Below, in pieces: positions 43,697 through 53,771 of a stretch of DNA of 64,000 bases. The translations under genes and the position numbers were made by a program. Location of the stretch: NCBI GenBank assembly GCA_946535435.1, contig CAMNDM010000010.1:23559-87558 (forward strand), given 5' to 3'. Source of the DNA: an uncultured Bacteroidales bacterium. GTDB lineage: Bacteria; Bacteroidota; Bacteroidia; Bacteroidales; Paludibacteraceae. Position 1 is the first letter of the stretch. Every line of letters begins with the position of its first letter. The notes below the pieces were generated by a model. The model saw nothing but the letters and a program-made list of their open reading frames with translations, had not been told where the DNA came from and made no database searches.

Positions 43697-45232
43697 TTAA
43701 TTTCCGCCTTCTTTGGAGACTTTCGCTTCTACAACGGGAGGCTTTAAACCGATAATGGCTTTTGGTGTGAAGTCGTTTACAACACTTACTTTGTAAAGAT
43801 AGTTCCTTACGGGGAACATATCGGTAGGCAGTATGTTGAACAGGGCTCTTATTGCTCTACCTTGGAAATCGCCCTCTACCAATATTTCCATTGGTTTGTT
43901 TGCTTGCTCTCTTGTGAGTGAATTCTTTTCGATCTTTATGTAGAACCCTTTATTGTTATTCTCTTTACACCAATAGGCATTCTGTATGACAACCGGACCT
44001 ATTTTCAATGAGTCGCATAATGTGTGTGCCGTAGTGTCGTTGGCATTAGGCGTATTGTAGAAGTAATAACCTTCTGTCCCGTAGAAAATCTTTTTCCATC
44101 CTTCTTCGTTGGTTCGGTTTGGCAGTCCTAAATCGACCGAGTCTCTCAAAAAAGAGGCCAGTCGGGCAGAGAAGTGCGGCACACCCGCGTAAACTACGTG
44201 TTGGTTCACCCTTCTTTCGTTTTGGAAGAATTCCTTCCGGAAAGCTAGTGTGTCGTATTGGGCTTGGAAGTCAATCCACGGACAGCCAGTAGGGGTAATA
44301 AGGTCAGACAAGACTTTCCTCCAATGTCCGTAGCCTTTTAAATTCCTATGGTATTCTGGAATGCTGAGGAAAACCAATTTTACGTTGTGCTCTTTACAGA
44401 GTTTTGTGATTTTCTCTAAATACTCAACATCGTATTTGTCGTTTTTGACGAGTTCTCCGTCCATAATCGGGCCTAGGGAATCGTAAACGGCCATAAGCGA
44501 ATCCCCTATACCGCGCTCGTTAAGTCCGGTGTCTCCCAAATAGATACGTTTTGCTGGCGGATATTTCTCTATGCCGGCTATGTTCTTGTTGATTTGGGCC
44601 GTGTCTTTGAAAATAAACTCGTGGTTCCTTACGGTACTCGACCATGCGGCCCAATACTCGTCTACATCGAAAAGGAATGGCGTCGCTATGATTTTTGTAG
44701 GCGTGGTTTTGAACTTGAAAGTTGCCGCTTTGTTCTTTTTTTCCGACTCGAACGAGAATGCGTTTGTCATAGAATAGGTCTCTACAACTGCCACCTTTAT
44801 GTGTGTTTGCCTTAGCACGTCGTACATAAGGTAGTAGACGTCCTGAAGGTCGCATCCTGCCTGGAAGAAGGTGAAACAGGTCGCTCCCAGCGCATTCGAC
44901 AGGTAGTGCGCGTTAATTCCGTTGCCTAAGTGCGAGTTCCCGAAGAGACATACGTCTACCGAGTCGGTCGTTATTAGTTTCTGAAACGATGGCATCGTGA
45001 ATTTCTCGTGGAAACCGACATTCGGCTCGAAGTAATTCTTACTGTCGGTGTAGTATACGGTTCCAAAGGCAACAAGGAGGATGAACAGAATCTTGCTGGC
45101 AAAAAGCCTTTTCGGATGCTTACTCCCGCTCCCGTTAGGACGCACCTCTTTGTCTGGTGTTTTTTGTGACCTTTGTGAAATAACAGGGTTCGCCGACCTT
45201 TGGAAACCTTTATTGTCTTTTCGTTGTTTCAT
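43697..45232 (-). CDS. membrane-anchored SGNH/DltD/AlgJ-like partner of the MBOAT acyltransferase
   Basis: 511 aa with a basic N-terminus, one TM helix and a candidate block-I motif FGNSHLGNG. It starts 3 nt after the MBOAT stop. Confidence 0.6.
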   Translation of the reverse strand: MKQRKDNKGFQRSANPVISQRSQKTPDKEVRPNGSGSKHPKRLFASKILFILLVAFGTVYYTDSKNYFEPNVGFHEKFTMPSFQKLITTDSVDVCLFGNSHLGNGINAHYLSNALGATCFTFFQAGCDLQDVYYLMYDVLRQTHIKVAVVETYSMTNAFSFESEKKNKAATFKFKTTPTKIIATPFLFDVDEYWAAWSSTVRNHEFIFKDTAQINKNIAGIEKYPPAKRIYLGDTGLNERGIGDSLMAVYDSLGPIMDGELVKNDKYDVEYLEKITKLCKEHNVKLVFLSIPEYHRNLKGYGHWRKVLSDLITPTGCPWIDFQAQYDTLAFRKEFFQNERRVNQHVVYAGVPHFSARLASFLRDSVDLGLPNRTNEEGWKKIFYGTEGYYFYNTPNANDTTAHTLCDSLKIGPVVIQNAYWCKENNNKGFYIKIEKNSLTREQANKPMEILVEGDFQGRAIRALFNILPTDMFPVRNYLYKVSVVNDFTPKAIIGLKPPVVEAKVSKEGGN

Positions 45233-45235
45233 TCT

Positions 45236-46726
45236 TTAGAATTGGAAGTAGATGAATGTGTTGTCGTTACCTTCTCCATAGATGCCGAGGTATATCAAGG
45301 CTATTGGAATGGCAATGTAGACTGCCCACCTGAAAATGAAGAATTTGTTGAAGAAGAAGTCGCTGACTTTTTCACCGTAATTTTTTAACAGTAACTCTAT
45401 CAGCATGAGCCCGGCAATCAGATATATGGCGAATTTGAACTCCATACTGTTCAGCCCGAAATTGTATAGGGTGTCGGCATTCGAGAAACCGATGTTGCCT
45501 AACACCTGTAGCGCATCGTGTAGGTTTGCTCCTCGAAAGAAGGCCAGCGAGAAGGTCCAACCGAAAAAGACAACAAGGCAGCAGGCTATTTTCTCATAAA
45601 CTTTCTTTGGATCTAGATGGAAAACCTTGTCAAAGATGGCGAGGTAGATGCCGTTCAAAAGTCCCCAGATGAAGAAATTCCACGAGGCCCCGTGCCACAA
45701 TCCGCTGACTGCGAAAACAATAAGCACGTTGATGTATGTGCGGTACTTTCCTTTCCGATTGCCGCCGAGAGTGAAGTAGAGGTAGTCGCGAAACCAGTTG
45801 GTGAGCGTTATGTGCCAGCGCGACCAGAAGTCTTTGAACGATACCGAAAGGTAGGGCATGCGGAAGTTCTCGCTCAATTTGAAACCGAATATGCGGGCGG
45901 TTCCTATCGCTATTTGCGAATAGGCCGAAAAGTCGAGGTAGAGTTGGAAGGCAAACAAAACCAGGGCCACAAGCGAAGGATAGCCGCCTGCTTCACCCAG
46001 ATTCCCAAATACGCCGTCGACATAAACGGCTATACGGTCGGCTATCAGCATTTTCTTTATAAGTCCTGCCCCTATCGAGAAGAATCCTCTTCTAGCCTCT
46101 TCGTAGTCGAAGGAGAAAGCCTTTTCGAACTGTGGCAGCAGGTTGCCTGCACGTTCTATCGGGCCAGCCACAAGCTGTGGAAAAAAAGCGATAAAGGTGA
46201 AGAACGTAACGGGGTTGTTGCTTGCCTTTATCTTGTCTTTATAAACATCGATGACGTAACTGAGCCCTTGGAAACAGTAGAAACTGATGCCGATTGGCAA
46301 TATGATGTTTAATGCCGAATAGGGACTGTGGACAATGCCGAAAAGTCCGAGCAAGTCCCAAATGCTCTCTAAAAAGAAATTGGTGTATTTGAAGTAGGCT
46401 AACACGCCCAGATTAACCAAAATGGCTATCCACAAATACTTTTTCGCCTCTTTTGTGGGTGTGTAAGTCGTGGCCTCTGCAGGACTTTGGTTGTCGGCTG
46501 TAGCCGCTGCGGTTTTTGTTTGCTCTATTTTTCTACCCATAAAGTAGTCGGCAGCAGAAACAGCTACGATTACGAAGAGGAGTTTGAAGTTCCAACAAGA
46601 GTAGAAAAAATAACTGGCACAGAGAAGGAAAATATTCCTGGCCTTTATGTTTTTGCTGAAAACCAACACATATAGGGTGTAGGTGACCAGTAGGAATAGG
46701 GCAAAACTGAAAGTGTTAAAAAGCAT
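45236..46726 (-). CDS. MBOAT family O-acyltransferase (AlgI/DltB/PatA-like)
   Basis: Motifs RWHITLTNWFRDYLY and GLWHGASW. I trimmed the start to the ATG at 46726 because the ORF-track TTG (46742-46744) lies inside a -7 box. Confidence 0.9.
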   Translation of the reverse strand: MLFNTFSFALFLLVTYTLYVLVFSKNIKARNIFLLCASYFFYSCWNFKLLFVIVAVSAADYFMGRKIEQTKTAAATADNQSPAEATTYTPTKEAKKYLWIAILVNLGVLAYFKYTNFFLESIWDLLGLFGIVHSPYSALNIILPIGISFYCFQGLSYVIDVYKDKIKASNNPVTFFTFIAFFPQLVAGPIERAGNLLPQFEKAFSFDYEEARRGFFSIGAGLIKKMLIADRIAVYVDGVFGNLGEAGGYPSLVALVLFAFQLYLDFSAYSQIAIGTARIFGFKLSENFRMPYLSVSFKDFWSRWHITLTNWFRDYLYFTLGGNRKGKYRTYINVLIVFAVSGLWHGASWNFFIWGLLNGIYLAIFDKVFHLDPKKVYEKIACCLVVFFGWTFSLAFFRGANLHDALQVLGNIGFSNADTLYNFGLNSMEFKFAIYLIAGLMLIELLLKNYGEKVSDFFFNKFFIFRWAVYIAIPIALIYLGIYGEGNDNTFIYFQF

Positions 46727-46741
46727 TGTTTTTATTTTTTG

Positions 46742-46749
46742 CAAAATTA
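46742..46749 (-). promoter_or_regulatory. putative internal -7 box (TAnnTTTG) upstream of the MBOAT gene
   Basis: Plus strand caaaatta is TAATTTTG on the minus strand, 16 nt upstream of the ATG at 46726. Confidence 0.4.
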
Positions 46750-46782
46750 ATGCTTTTCAAACCGGCATCCAAACCTTTGAAT

Positions 46783-47274
46783 TTAGAAATAGGCTTCCCA
46801 GACTTTTTGGCAGTAAAGTACGCAGAAGGCGACAACAACGGCTATCTTCAAGCCGGTTGACAAGATAAAGCCTACAAATGAACCCATACCCGATCTCAGC
46901 GATTCCCAGTGGTCTTTCCCTGCAATCAGTTCCCCAACTACCGCACCAACAAACGGTCCCCAAAGGAATCCGAACGGGATGGGAGAGAAGAACATTCCTA
47001 CAATCAGCCCTATAATACTGCCCCATACGCCTTTTTTGCTGCCTCCGAACCTTTTAGTGCACCAGGCTGGAACAATGTAGTCGAGCACTATGGCTGCTAT
47101 TGTTATCAGTCCGGCTATGAACAGGTCGCGCATGCTGAATTCTATTCTGTTGGTGATATGTATCAGCCACATGCCGGCATACCCTAAAATAGGACCTGGT
47201 AGTGCGGGTACAATGCAGCCAATAAAGGCCATAATCATAAGTACCCCGGCAACGATGATGAGGAAAATGTCCAT
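46783..47274 (-). CDS. DUF456 family membrane protein
   Basis: 163 aa with four hydrophobic segments. The start MDIFLIIVAGVLMIMAFIGCIVPALPGP is typical of DUF456. Confidence 0.7.
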   Translation of the reverse strand: MDIFLIIVAGVLMIMAFIGCIVPALPGPILGYAGMWLIHITNRIEFSMRDLFIAGLITIAAIVLDYIVPAWCTKRFGGSKKGVWGSIIGLIVGMFFSPIPFGFLWGPFVGAVVGELIAGKDHWESLRSGMGSFVGFILSTGLKIAVVVAFCVLYCQKVWEAYF

Positions 47275-47275
47275 T

Positions 47276-48262
47276 TTATTCTTCCTTTTTTTGTTTGTTT
47301 ATAAATGGTAGTACAATGCTGCATGCGAATCCGCCAACACAGTTCACCACAATTTCAATCAGGTGCGACAGTACGGCGAAAGTACCTGCCGCAGTTGCGC
47401 CAATGCCGTAAATTTTTAGCGCCTGTATGGTCATAAACTCATAGGTGCCTATGCCTCCCTGAACGGGAACCACCATTCCCAATGCGCCGAAAACGTAGGT
47501 GGTCAGTCCGGCTTCCATGTCAAGCCCGGCGGTAAAGTCGAACAGCCAGAAACTGAAGTAAAGCATCAGGTAGTACATAAGGAAGATAAGAAGCGAGTAG
47601 ATGATGAATAGGGGCTTGTTCTTTATTTGTGTAAACGATTTCAGCCCGTTCCACACGCCCTTCCCCAACTCTTTTATCTTGCCCATCAGTTTGGTCTGCT
47701 TTATCTTCTTGCGCAACACGAAGAGGATAATGACCGATGCCGACACTACAATCCATAATAACGGATTAACCAAAAGATTACAAATACTTTGCCAAATAGT
47801 TATTCCTCCCAAAATGCTGCTGAATGCGTCATACTCTAAAATAATAGTCACAAATACAATCAGGAAGATGATGAGAAGGTCGAAAGCACGTTCGGTTATA
47901 ACGGTGCCAATCAGTTCGGTAAACGATATGCCTTCATATTTTTTCAATACTCCACAGCGGGCTACTTCGCCTGCCCGTGGCAACAGGTGGTTGATGAAGT
48001 AGCCATACATGACGGCGCAGAACGTGTTTTTTACTGCAGGCTTTTTTGCAATTGGTTCTATTAGCTGGTTCCAACGGAGGGCGCGTAAAATACAGCTGAC
48101 CAGACTTAACACAACGGGTATGGCAATAAACCCCCAATGGGTGGTTTTTAGCAGGTCTGCCATCTCATCGATGTTCAGCTGGCTGTAAACCAGTAAAAAT
48201 ACAACTATACCTAACAATAGTGATAGTAGGGTCTGAATGGCGTCTTTCTTCGTTATATTCAT
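47276..48262 (-). CDS. UPF0104 / lysylphosphatidylglycerol-synthase-TM-region-like membrane protein (flippase-like)
   Basis: 328-aa polytopic ORF. RALRWNQL and LPRAGEVARC resemble the TIGR00374/UPF0104 family. Confidence 0.65.
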   Translation of the reverse strand: MNITKKDAIQTLLSLLLGIVVFLLVYSQLNIDEMADLLKTTHWGFIAIPVVLSLVSCILRALRWNQLIEPIAKKPAVKNTFCAVMYGYFINHLLPRAGEVARCGVLKKYEGISFTELIGTVITERAFDLLIIFLIVFVTIILEYDAFSSILGGITIWQSICNLLVNPLLWIVVSASVIILFVLRKKIKQTKLMGKIKELGKGVWNGLKSFTQIKNKPLFIIYSLLIFLMYYLMLYFSFWLFDFTAGLDMEAGLTTYVFGALGMVVPVQGGIGTYEFMTIQALKIYGIGATAAGTFAVLSHLIEIVVNCVGGFACSIVLPFINKQKKEE

Positions 48263-48284
48263 TTCTTGATTGTTTGTATTCTCA

Positions 48285-48292
48285 CAAATTTA
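48285..48292 (-). promoter_or_regulatory. putative -7 box (TAnnTTTG) for the UPF0104-DUF456-MBOAT-SGNH operon
   Basis: Plus strand caaattta is TAAATTTG on the minus strand, 23 nt upstream of the ATG at 48262. Confidence 0.5.
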
Positions 48293-48375
48293 CGCATATT
48301 GGGCTACTAAAACATAAAAAAAGGAGAAAACCATACAGTTTTCTCCTTTTTCTGTGCGATATAGTCTTTGGAATG

Positions 48376-49833
48376 TTAAATGCCGAACGACCATTCGATA
48401 ATTTGTTCGTAAATCTGGCTGATGAAGCCAAGGAACAAGAAACCTACTGTACAAACGGTAATACCAATCAGACTCATCTTGTCGCTCTTGAACGTTGCAA
48501 TTGGGCTGTCGCTCTTATTGATGAACATAGCCTTTACAACGAGCAGGTAGTAGTAGAGAGAGATGATGGTGTTTGCCAATGCGATAAATACCAAGAGGTA
48601 TTGACCAGCCTGGGCGGCACTTGCGAAAATGAAGAACTTGCTCCAGAAACCGGCAAACGGAGGAATACCTGCCAACGAGAACATGGCCAACATCATAATA
48701 ACAGCCATTTTCGGATTGGTTTCATAGAGTCCGTTGTAGTCGTCCATGCCAACTTTCCCACTCTTGTCTTCAATGTTGCTGATGATGCCGAATGCGCCAA
48801 GGTTGGTGAAGAGGTATACCAAAATGTAGTAGACCATGCTACCCATACCGGCTGCAGTTCCGCTCATCAGACCCAACATGATGTATCCGGCTTGAGAGAT
48901 AGAAGAGAAAGCGAGGAAGCGCTTCAAATTCTTTTGACGGATGGCAAAAATGTTACCGACCGTAATGGTGATAACTATCAACCACCAGAGAATGTTGGTC
49001 CATGAAACAAGGGTCGACTGAACTTCAACGTTGCTGAATGCCTTCCACATGATGACCATAAAGGCAAATGCGGCAGAACCTTTCGACATGACAGAAAGGT
49101 AGGCGGTAACGCTGGTTGGTGCTCCCTGGTAGGTGTCGGCAGTCCACAAGTGGAATGGTACCAACGAAATCTTGAAGGCTACGCCTGCCATGAAGAAAAT
49201 CATAGCAAGAATCTGGAATGGCTCGGCGGTGAAATTCTTGGCTACGTCGCAGAAGTAGAGAGAACCTCCGCATGAACCGTATACCAGCGAGATACCGAAA
49301 AGCATAACCGATGACGAGAATGCGGCAGTAAGGATGTATTTTGCTGCGGCTTCAGCCGATTCGTTGCGTTTCTTGTTCAATGCAACCAACGTTGCCATAG
49401 GTATTGAAGCGGTTTCCAAACCGATGTAGAAAAGCAGGAAGTCGCCGCTCGAAATCATCAGGTACATACCGAACAGGGTGGAAATCATCAGCAGGTAAAA
49501 CTCTGCGATGTGGTTCTTGTTCTCTTTCTTGTTCCATTCGAACGAGAAAAGGAAAACGAGAAGGGTACCCAGGTTCAACATGTTTTTAACAAACACGTGT
49601 ATGTTCGAGGTGATGTACATGCCAGAGAAAGCTTCTGTCTGGCCTACCATCGTACAACATCCGCTGCAACTGCAGAAGTTGTATGCGGTGTGTGCAGCGA
49701 AAAGCACCAATGCCAAAGGCTGGAAATACTGCTTCGATTTTTCGCCCATTACGAGGTCGGCAACCAAAAGCACGATTAAAGTGAGTGCCAGTGAAACTTC
49801 TGGCGTCATTAATAAGAATTGACTATAATCCAT
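48376..49833 (-). CDS. nuoN: NADH-quinone oxidoreductase subunit N
   Basis: 485-aa polytopic antiporter-like ORF, last gene of the nuo operon. Confidence 0.9.
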   Translation of the reverse strand: MDYSQFLLMTPEVSLALTLIVLLVADLVMGEKSKQYFQPLALVLFAAHTAYNFCSCSGCCTMVGQTEAFSGMYITSNIHVFVKNMLNLGTLLVFLFSFEWNKKENKNHIAEFYLLMISTLFGMYLMISSGDFLLFYIGLETASIPMATLVALNKKRNESAEAAAKYILTAAFSSSVMLFGISLVYGSCGGSLYFCDVAKNFTAEPFQILAMIFFMAGVAFKISLVPFHLWTADTYQGAPTSVTAYLSVMSKGSAAFAFMVIMWKAFSNVEVQSTLVSWTNILWWLIVITITVGNIFAIRQKNLKRFLAFSSISQAGYIMLGLMSGTAAGMGSMVYYILVYLFTNLGAFGIISNIEDKSGKVGMDDYNGLYETNPKMAVIMMLAMFSLAGIPPFAGFWSKFFIFASAAQAGQYLLVFIALANTIISLYYYLLVVKAMFINKSDSPIATFKSDKMSLIGITVCTVGFLFLGFISQIYEQIIEWSFGI

Positions 49834-49852
49834 TTTTGTGTCTCCTCTTTGT

Positions 49853-51412
49853 TTAGAATGGTGCTACAATTGTTTTGTCGGCGAACAGATTCACCAAGTT
49901 AGGCAGGCTGATGTTGAGCAGGTCTGTCCAAACCGAAGGGAACAAACCGATAGCCGCCACACAAATAATGAGGCCGAATGCTGCGACTTTTTCGAACCAG
50001 TTTGCGTCGGTGAGGGTGGCGTGGTGCTGGTCTTGGATAGGACCGAACAGCATTTTGCCAACCACACGCAGAATATACACCGCAGTGATAACGATTGACG
50101 TGCAGGCTAGAATTGTGAAGATAAGGAACATCCAGTTGCCTTCTTCAAATGAGAGGGCTGAACGCTGGAACGAACCGACAAAGATGTTCATTTCTGCTAC
50201 GAATCCGCTCAAACCTGGCAAACCGAGTGATGCCATACCGGCAATGACGTAACAAACACAAAGCACTGGCATGATGTTCATCATACCTCCCATTAGACGG
50301 ATGTCGCGTGTGTGTGTACGACCATATATGCTACCGATAAGGCTGAAGAACAAGGCTGTCATCAGACCGTGAGAGAGCATCTGGAGGAACGCACCGGTGA
50401 ATGCGGTGTTGTTCATCATCAACAGGGCGAAGAGCACCATACCGCAGTGGCTCACTGAAGAGTAGGCGTTGATGTACTTCAAGTCGTTCTGTACGCATGC
50501 GCTGTATGCACCGTAGAATACCGATGTACCGGTAAGGATTAAGAAAATCCAACCCAGATCGGCCGCTGCCTGCGGCATCAGACACATAGCTACACGGAAA
50601 CAGCCGTAGCCTCCGAGCTTCATCAACACACCGGCGTGGAGCATTGAAACGGCGGTAGGTGCGCTGGCGTGACCGTCGGGCGACCATGTGTGGAATGGGA
50701 ACATGGCTCCGAGAACGCCGAAACCTACGAAGGTAAGGCAGAAGAAGGTGTATTGCCATTCTAATGGCATATAGGCGCTAACGTTCTTCATTAACTCAAC
50801 CAGTTCGAAGGTAGGAACACCGCCTTCTGGAACTGACATGAAGTAGATGCCGAAGATGCCCACCATAAGGAATGCGGAACCACCCATCAGCATAAGGGTC
50901 AGCTTCATGGCCGCATATTCCTTAGGTCCGCTTCCCCAAAGACCAATAAGCAGGTACATAGGGATGAGCGCTACCTCGTAGAAGAGGAACATGGTGAAAA
51001 GGTCGATGGAGATGAAAAAGCCGAACACACCGATTGAAAGCATCAGGAACCACAAGAAGTATTCTTTAGCCTTGTCTTCTATTGCAAACGATGCGAACGA
51101 ACCCGTGAAGGTGATGACCGATGAAAGTACCAGCATGGCTACTGAAATACCGTCAACACCCAACGAAAGGTGGATGTTAAGGAAACCTTCGTACCATACT
51201 TTGCTTGCGGTGAACAAGTATGGCTGTGTCATACCTGCCGCACGCTGTTCGAAAAATCCGATGGTTATGTAGGCTGCAAGTGCAACCAGTAGGGCAGAGC
51301 CGCCGGCCATTGTGTAACGGATGGCATTTTTCTTCTCACTTGGAATCAAGTAGAGAATGCCCATCATCACCAAAGGAATGATTACAAAATATAATAAAAC
51401 AAATTCACTCAT
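49853..51412 (-). CDS. nuoM: NADH-quinone oxidoreductase subunit M
   Basis: 519-aa antiporter-like subunit, assigned from its order in the operon. Confidence 0.9.
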   Translation of the reverse strand: MSEFVLLYFVIIPLVMMGILYLIPSEKKNAIRYTMAGGSALLVALAAYITIGFFEQRAAGMTQPYLFTASKVWYEGFLNIHLSLGVDGISVAMLVLSSVITFTGSFASFAIEDKAKEYFLWFLMLSIGVFGFFISIDLFTMFLFYEVALIPMYLLIGLWGSGPKEYAAMKLTLMLMGGSAFLMVGIFGIYFMSVPEGGVPTFELVELMKNVSAYMPLEWQYTFFCLTFVGFGVLGAMFPFHTWSPDGHASAPTAVSMLHAGVLMKLGGYGCFRVAMCLMPQAAADLGWIFLILTGTSVFYGAYSACVQNDLKYINAYSSVSHCGMVLFALLMMNNTAFTGAFLQMLSHGLMTALFFSLIGSIYGRTHTRDIRLMGGMMNIMPVLCVCYVIAGMASLGLPGLSGFVAEMNIFVGSFQRSALSFEEGNWMFLIFTILACTSIVITAVYILRVVGKMLFGPIQDQHHATLTDANWFEKVAAFGLIICVAAIGLFPSVWTDLLNISLPNLVNLFADKTIVAPF

Positions 51413-51433
51413 TGGTTTGATTTTTTTCGGTTA

Positions 51434-53446
51434 TTAGTAGAGTGCCAGGAATGCGATAGTGACAACACCCATAATGAACACCCATACATACTGTTGAACG
51501 TTTCCGCTCTGTACGTCTTTTGTCGCAAACGATACCTTTTGGGTAATCCATGCGCAAAGGTTCATGAAACCGTCGATGCAGTTGTGGTCGAACCATGCGA
51601 TCCATTTACAGATAACACCGAAGATGAATGAACGGGTAATGCCGTACCAGATTTCGTCGATCTTCATACGGTTGTATACGAACTCGCACAGTGCAGGGCA
51701 TTTGGCCATGATGTCAGCCGGCTTCTGGTTCTTCTTGTAGTAGAGAACGAATGCGATGCCGATACCAAGAAGAGCGACTGCAATACTGATTCCCTCAACC
51801 GTCCAGTTGGTAGGCATTTCCATTTCGGTACGGGTTGCGGTGATGGCTTTGTTGAAGCCTGGCAACAGGAAGAAACCAATAGTAAGAACTGCGAACACAA
51901 TCAAAGGCAGTGTCATCTGCCAACCCTGGTCGTGTGGTTTGTGGTGCATTGTCGCATATTCTGGATTTTCTTCATAGAAGAAGATGTGGAAGAACAAGCG
52001 GAACATGTAGAATGCGGTCAGACCTGCAGTCAGTGTCATTACAACATAGATTGCGGTGTAGCCGTTTTCCATACAAGCTGACAGTATTTCTCCCTTTGAG
52101 AAGAAACCTGAGAATGGAGGAATACCTGCGATTGCCAGACAGCCAATCAAGAAGCACCATGCTGTCTTTGGCATATACTTCCACAAACCGCCCATCTTGC
52201 TCATTTCGTTGCTTTCTACGCAGTGGATGATACAACCGCAGCACAAGAACAACATAGCCTTGAACATAGCGTGAGTGAACAAGTGCATCATGGATGCGGT
52301 GAATCCGAGCTCGCTCTCGTGGTTCCCGAAACGTGCAACACCAAGTGCAACCATCATGTAAGCAATCTGTGAGATGGTCGAGAAGGCCAATACACGCTTA
52401 ATGTCGGTCTGTGCTACTGCGATGATTGCCGCGAACAATGCGGTAAACGCACCAATGTAGCAAATAGCGTTCAACACCTCTGGTGCTGAGAACGAGTAGA
52501 CAGGGAACAAACGGGCTACCAGGAACACACCTGCTACAACCATGGTTGCAGCGTGGATGAGCGCTGACGATGGAGTTGGACCTTCCATTGCATCTGGCAA
52601 CCAGATGTGGAATGGGAACATTGCACTCTTACCTGCACCTCCTAAGAAAATGAAGAAGGTGGCGATGGTGATGAGTGGGAAGCCCAGGAAGGTGATACCT
52701 CTGCTTTCTCCCGTGATTGCGAAACTGTCGAGTACGAGTTTTGCGTTATCGGCGTTCAATTTGTCGAAGTCGAAAGTCTGAGTGTGGTATGAAAGAACCA
52801 AAATACCGATCAAGAAGAACATATCGGCAAAACGCGTTACGATGAACGCTTTCTTACATGCGCTGACGGCTGCTGGCTTGAAGAAGTAGTAGCCGATGAG
52901 GAGGAATGACGACACACCCACCAACTCCCAGAAAATGTACATCTGGAAGATGTTGGTTGCAACTACCAGACCCAACATTGCGAATGAGAACAAAGACAAT
53001 ACAGCGTAGTAGCGAGACATACCCTCGTCGAAATGACCGTGCTCGAACATATAGCCGTAGCTGTAGATGTGGACCATCAGCGAAACGGTTGCGATAACGA
53101 CCAGCATCATAGCTGAAATAGGGTCGAGATAGAAACCGATGTGGATGGTCAGATTCTTGGTCATTTCCATCCAGGTCCAGTTGAAGATGGTCATCTGGTT
53201 GTAAATCTCACCTGTCTTGTTAAATATTTCAACCTCCTTGCCGTTTGCATTTATACCTTCAATAAAGAAGTTTCCAAAGAAGTAACGGCCTGCAACGTAG
53301 TAGCACAATATAGCTACAATACCGAAAGCTATGGTTCCGATTTTTGCCGAAGTCTGTCCACTGAACTTATGCGCTGTAAGGCCTAAGAAGATGAACATTA
53401 AGAACGGCAAAAGAAGAATCCAGGGAGCTAGTGATGTAATTTCCAT
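51434..53446 (-). CDS. nuoL: NADH-quinone oxidoreductase subunit L
   Basis: 670-aa antiporter-like subunit with a long C-terminal extension. Confidence 0.9.
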   Translation of the reverse strand: MEITSLAPWILLLPFLMFIFLGLTAHKFSGQTSAKIGTIAFGIVAILCYYVAGRYFFGNFFIEGINANGKEVEIFNKTGEIYNQMTIFNWTWMEMTKNLTIHIGFYLDPISAMMLVVIATVSLMVHIYSYGYMFEHGHFDEGMSRYYAVLSLFSFAMLGLVVATNIFQMYIFWELVGVSSFLLIGYYFFKPAAVSACKKAFIVTRFADMFFLIGILVLSYHTQTFDFDKLNADNAKLVLDSFAITGESRGITFLGFPLITIATFFIFLGGAGKSAMFPFHIWLPDAMEGPTPSSALIHAATMVVAGVFLVARLFPVYSFSAPEVLNAICYIGAFTALFAAIIAVAQTDIKRVLAFSTISQIAYMMVALGVARFGNHESELGFTASMMHLFTHAMFKAMLFLCCGCIIHCVESNEMSKMGGLWKYMPKTAWCFLIGCLAIAGIPPFSGFFSKGEILSACMENGYTAIYVVMTLTAGLTAFYMFRLFFHIFFYEENPEYATMHHKPHDQGWQMTLPLIVFAVLTIGFFLLPGFNKAITATRTEMEMPTNWTVEGISIAVALLGIGIAFVLYYKKNQKPADIMAKCPALCEFVYNRMKIDEIWYGITRSFIFGVICKWIAWFDHNCIDGFMNLCAWITQKVSFATKDVQSGNVQQYVWVFIMGVVTIAFLALY

Positions 53447-53462
53447 GTTTCTGTATTATGCT

Positions 53463-53771
53463 TTAGTTCTTTAACTCGTTAATACTCTTTACAGTCTCGC
53501 TACCCATTCTGCGGTATACGTTCATAATGATTGCAATGGCTACAGCTGTTTCTGCTGCGGCTACCACAATAACGAAAAGGCTGTAAACGTAACCTTCAAG
53601 CTGGTTAGGGAACAAGTAGCGGTTGAATGCTACGAAGTTGATGTTGACCGCATTAAGAATTAGCTCGATCGACATTAGCAGACCGATAAGGTTCTTGCGG
53701 GCAATGAAACCGAACACACCGATGAAGAACAGCAGTGTGCTGATTACCAAATAAAACTGAACTGGTATCAT
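53463..53771 (-). CDS. nuoK: NADH-quinone oxidoreductase subunit K
   Basis: 102 aa with three TM segments, overlapping nuoJ by 4 nt. Confidence 0.9.
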   Translation of the reverse strand: MIPVQFYLVISTLLFFIGVFGFIARKNLIGLLMSIELILNAVNINFVAFNRYLFPNQLEGYVYSLFVIVVAAAETAVAIAIIMNVYRRMGSETVKSINELKN

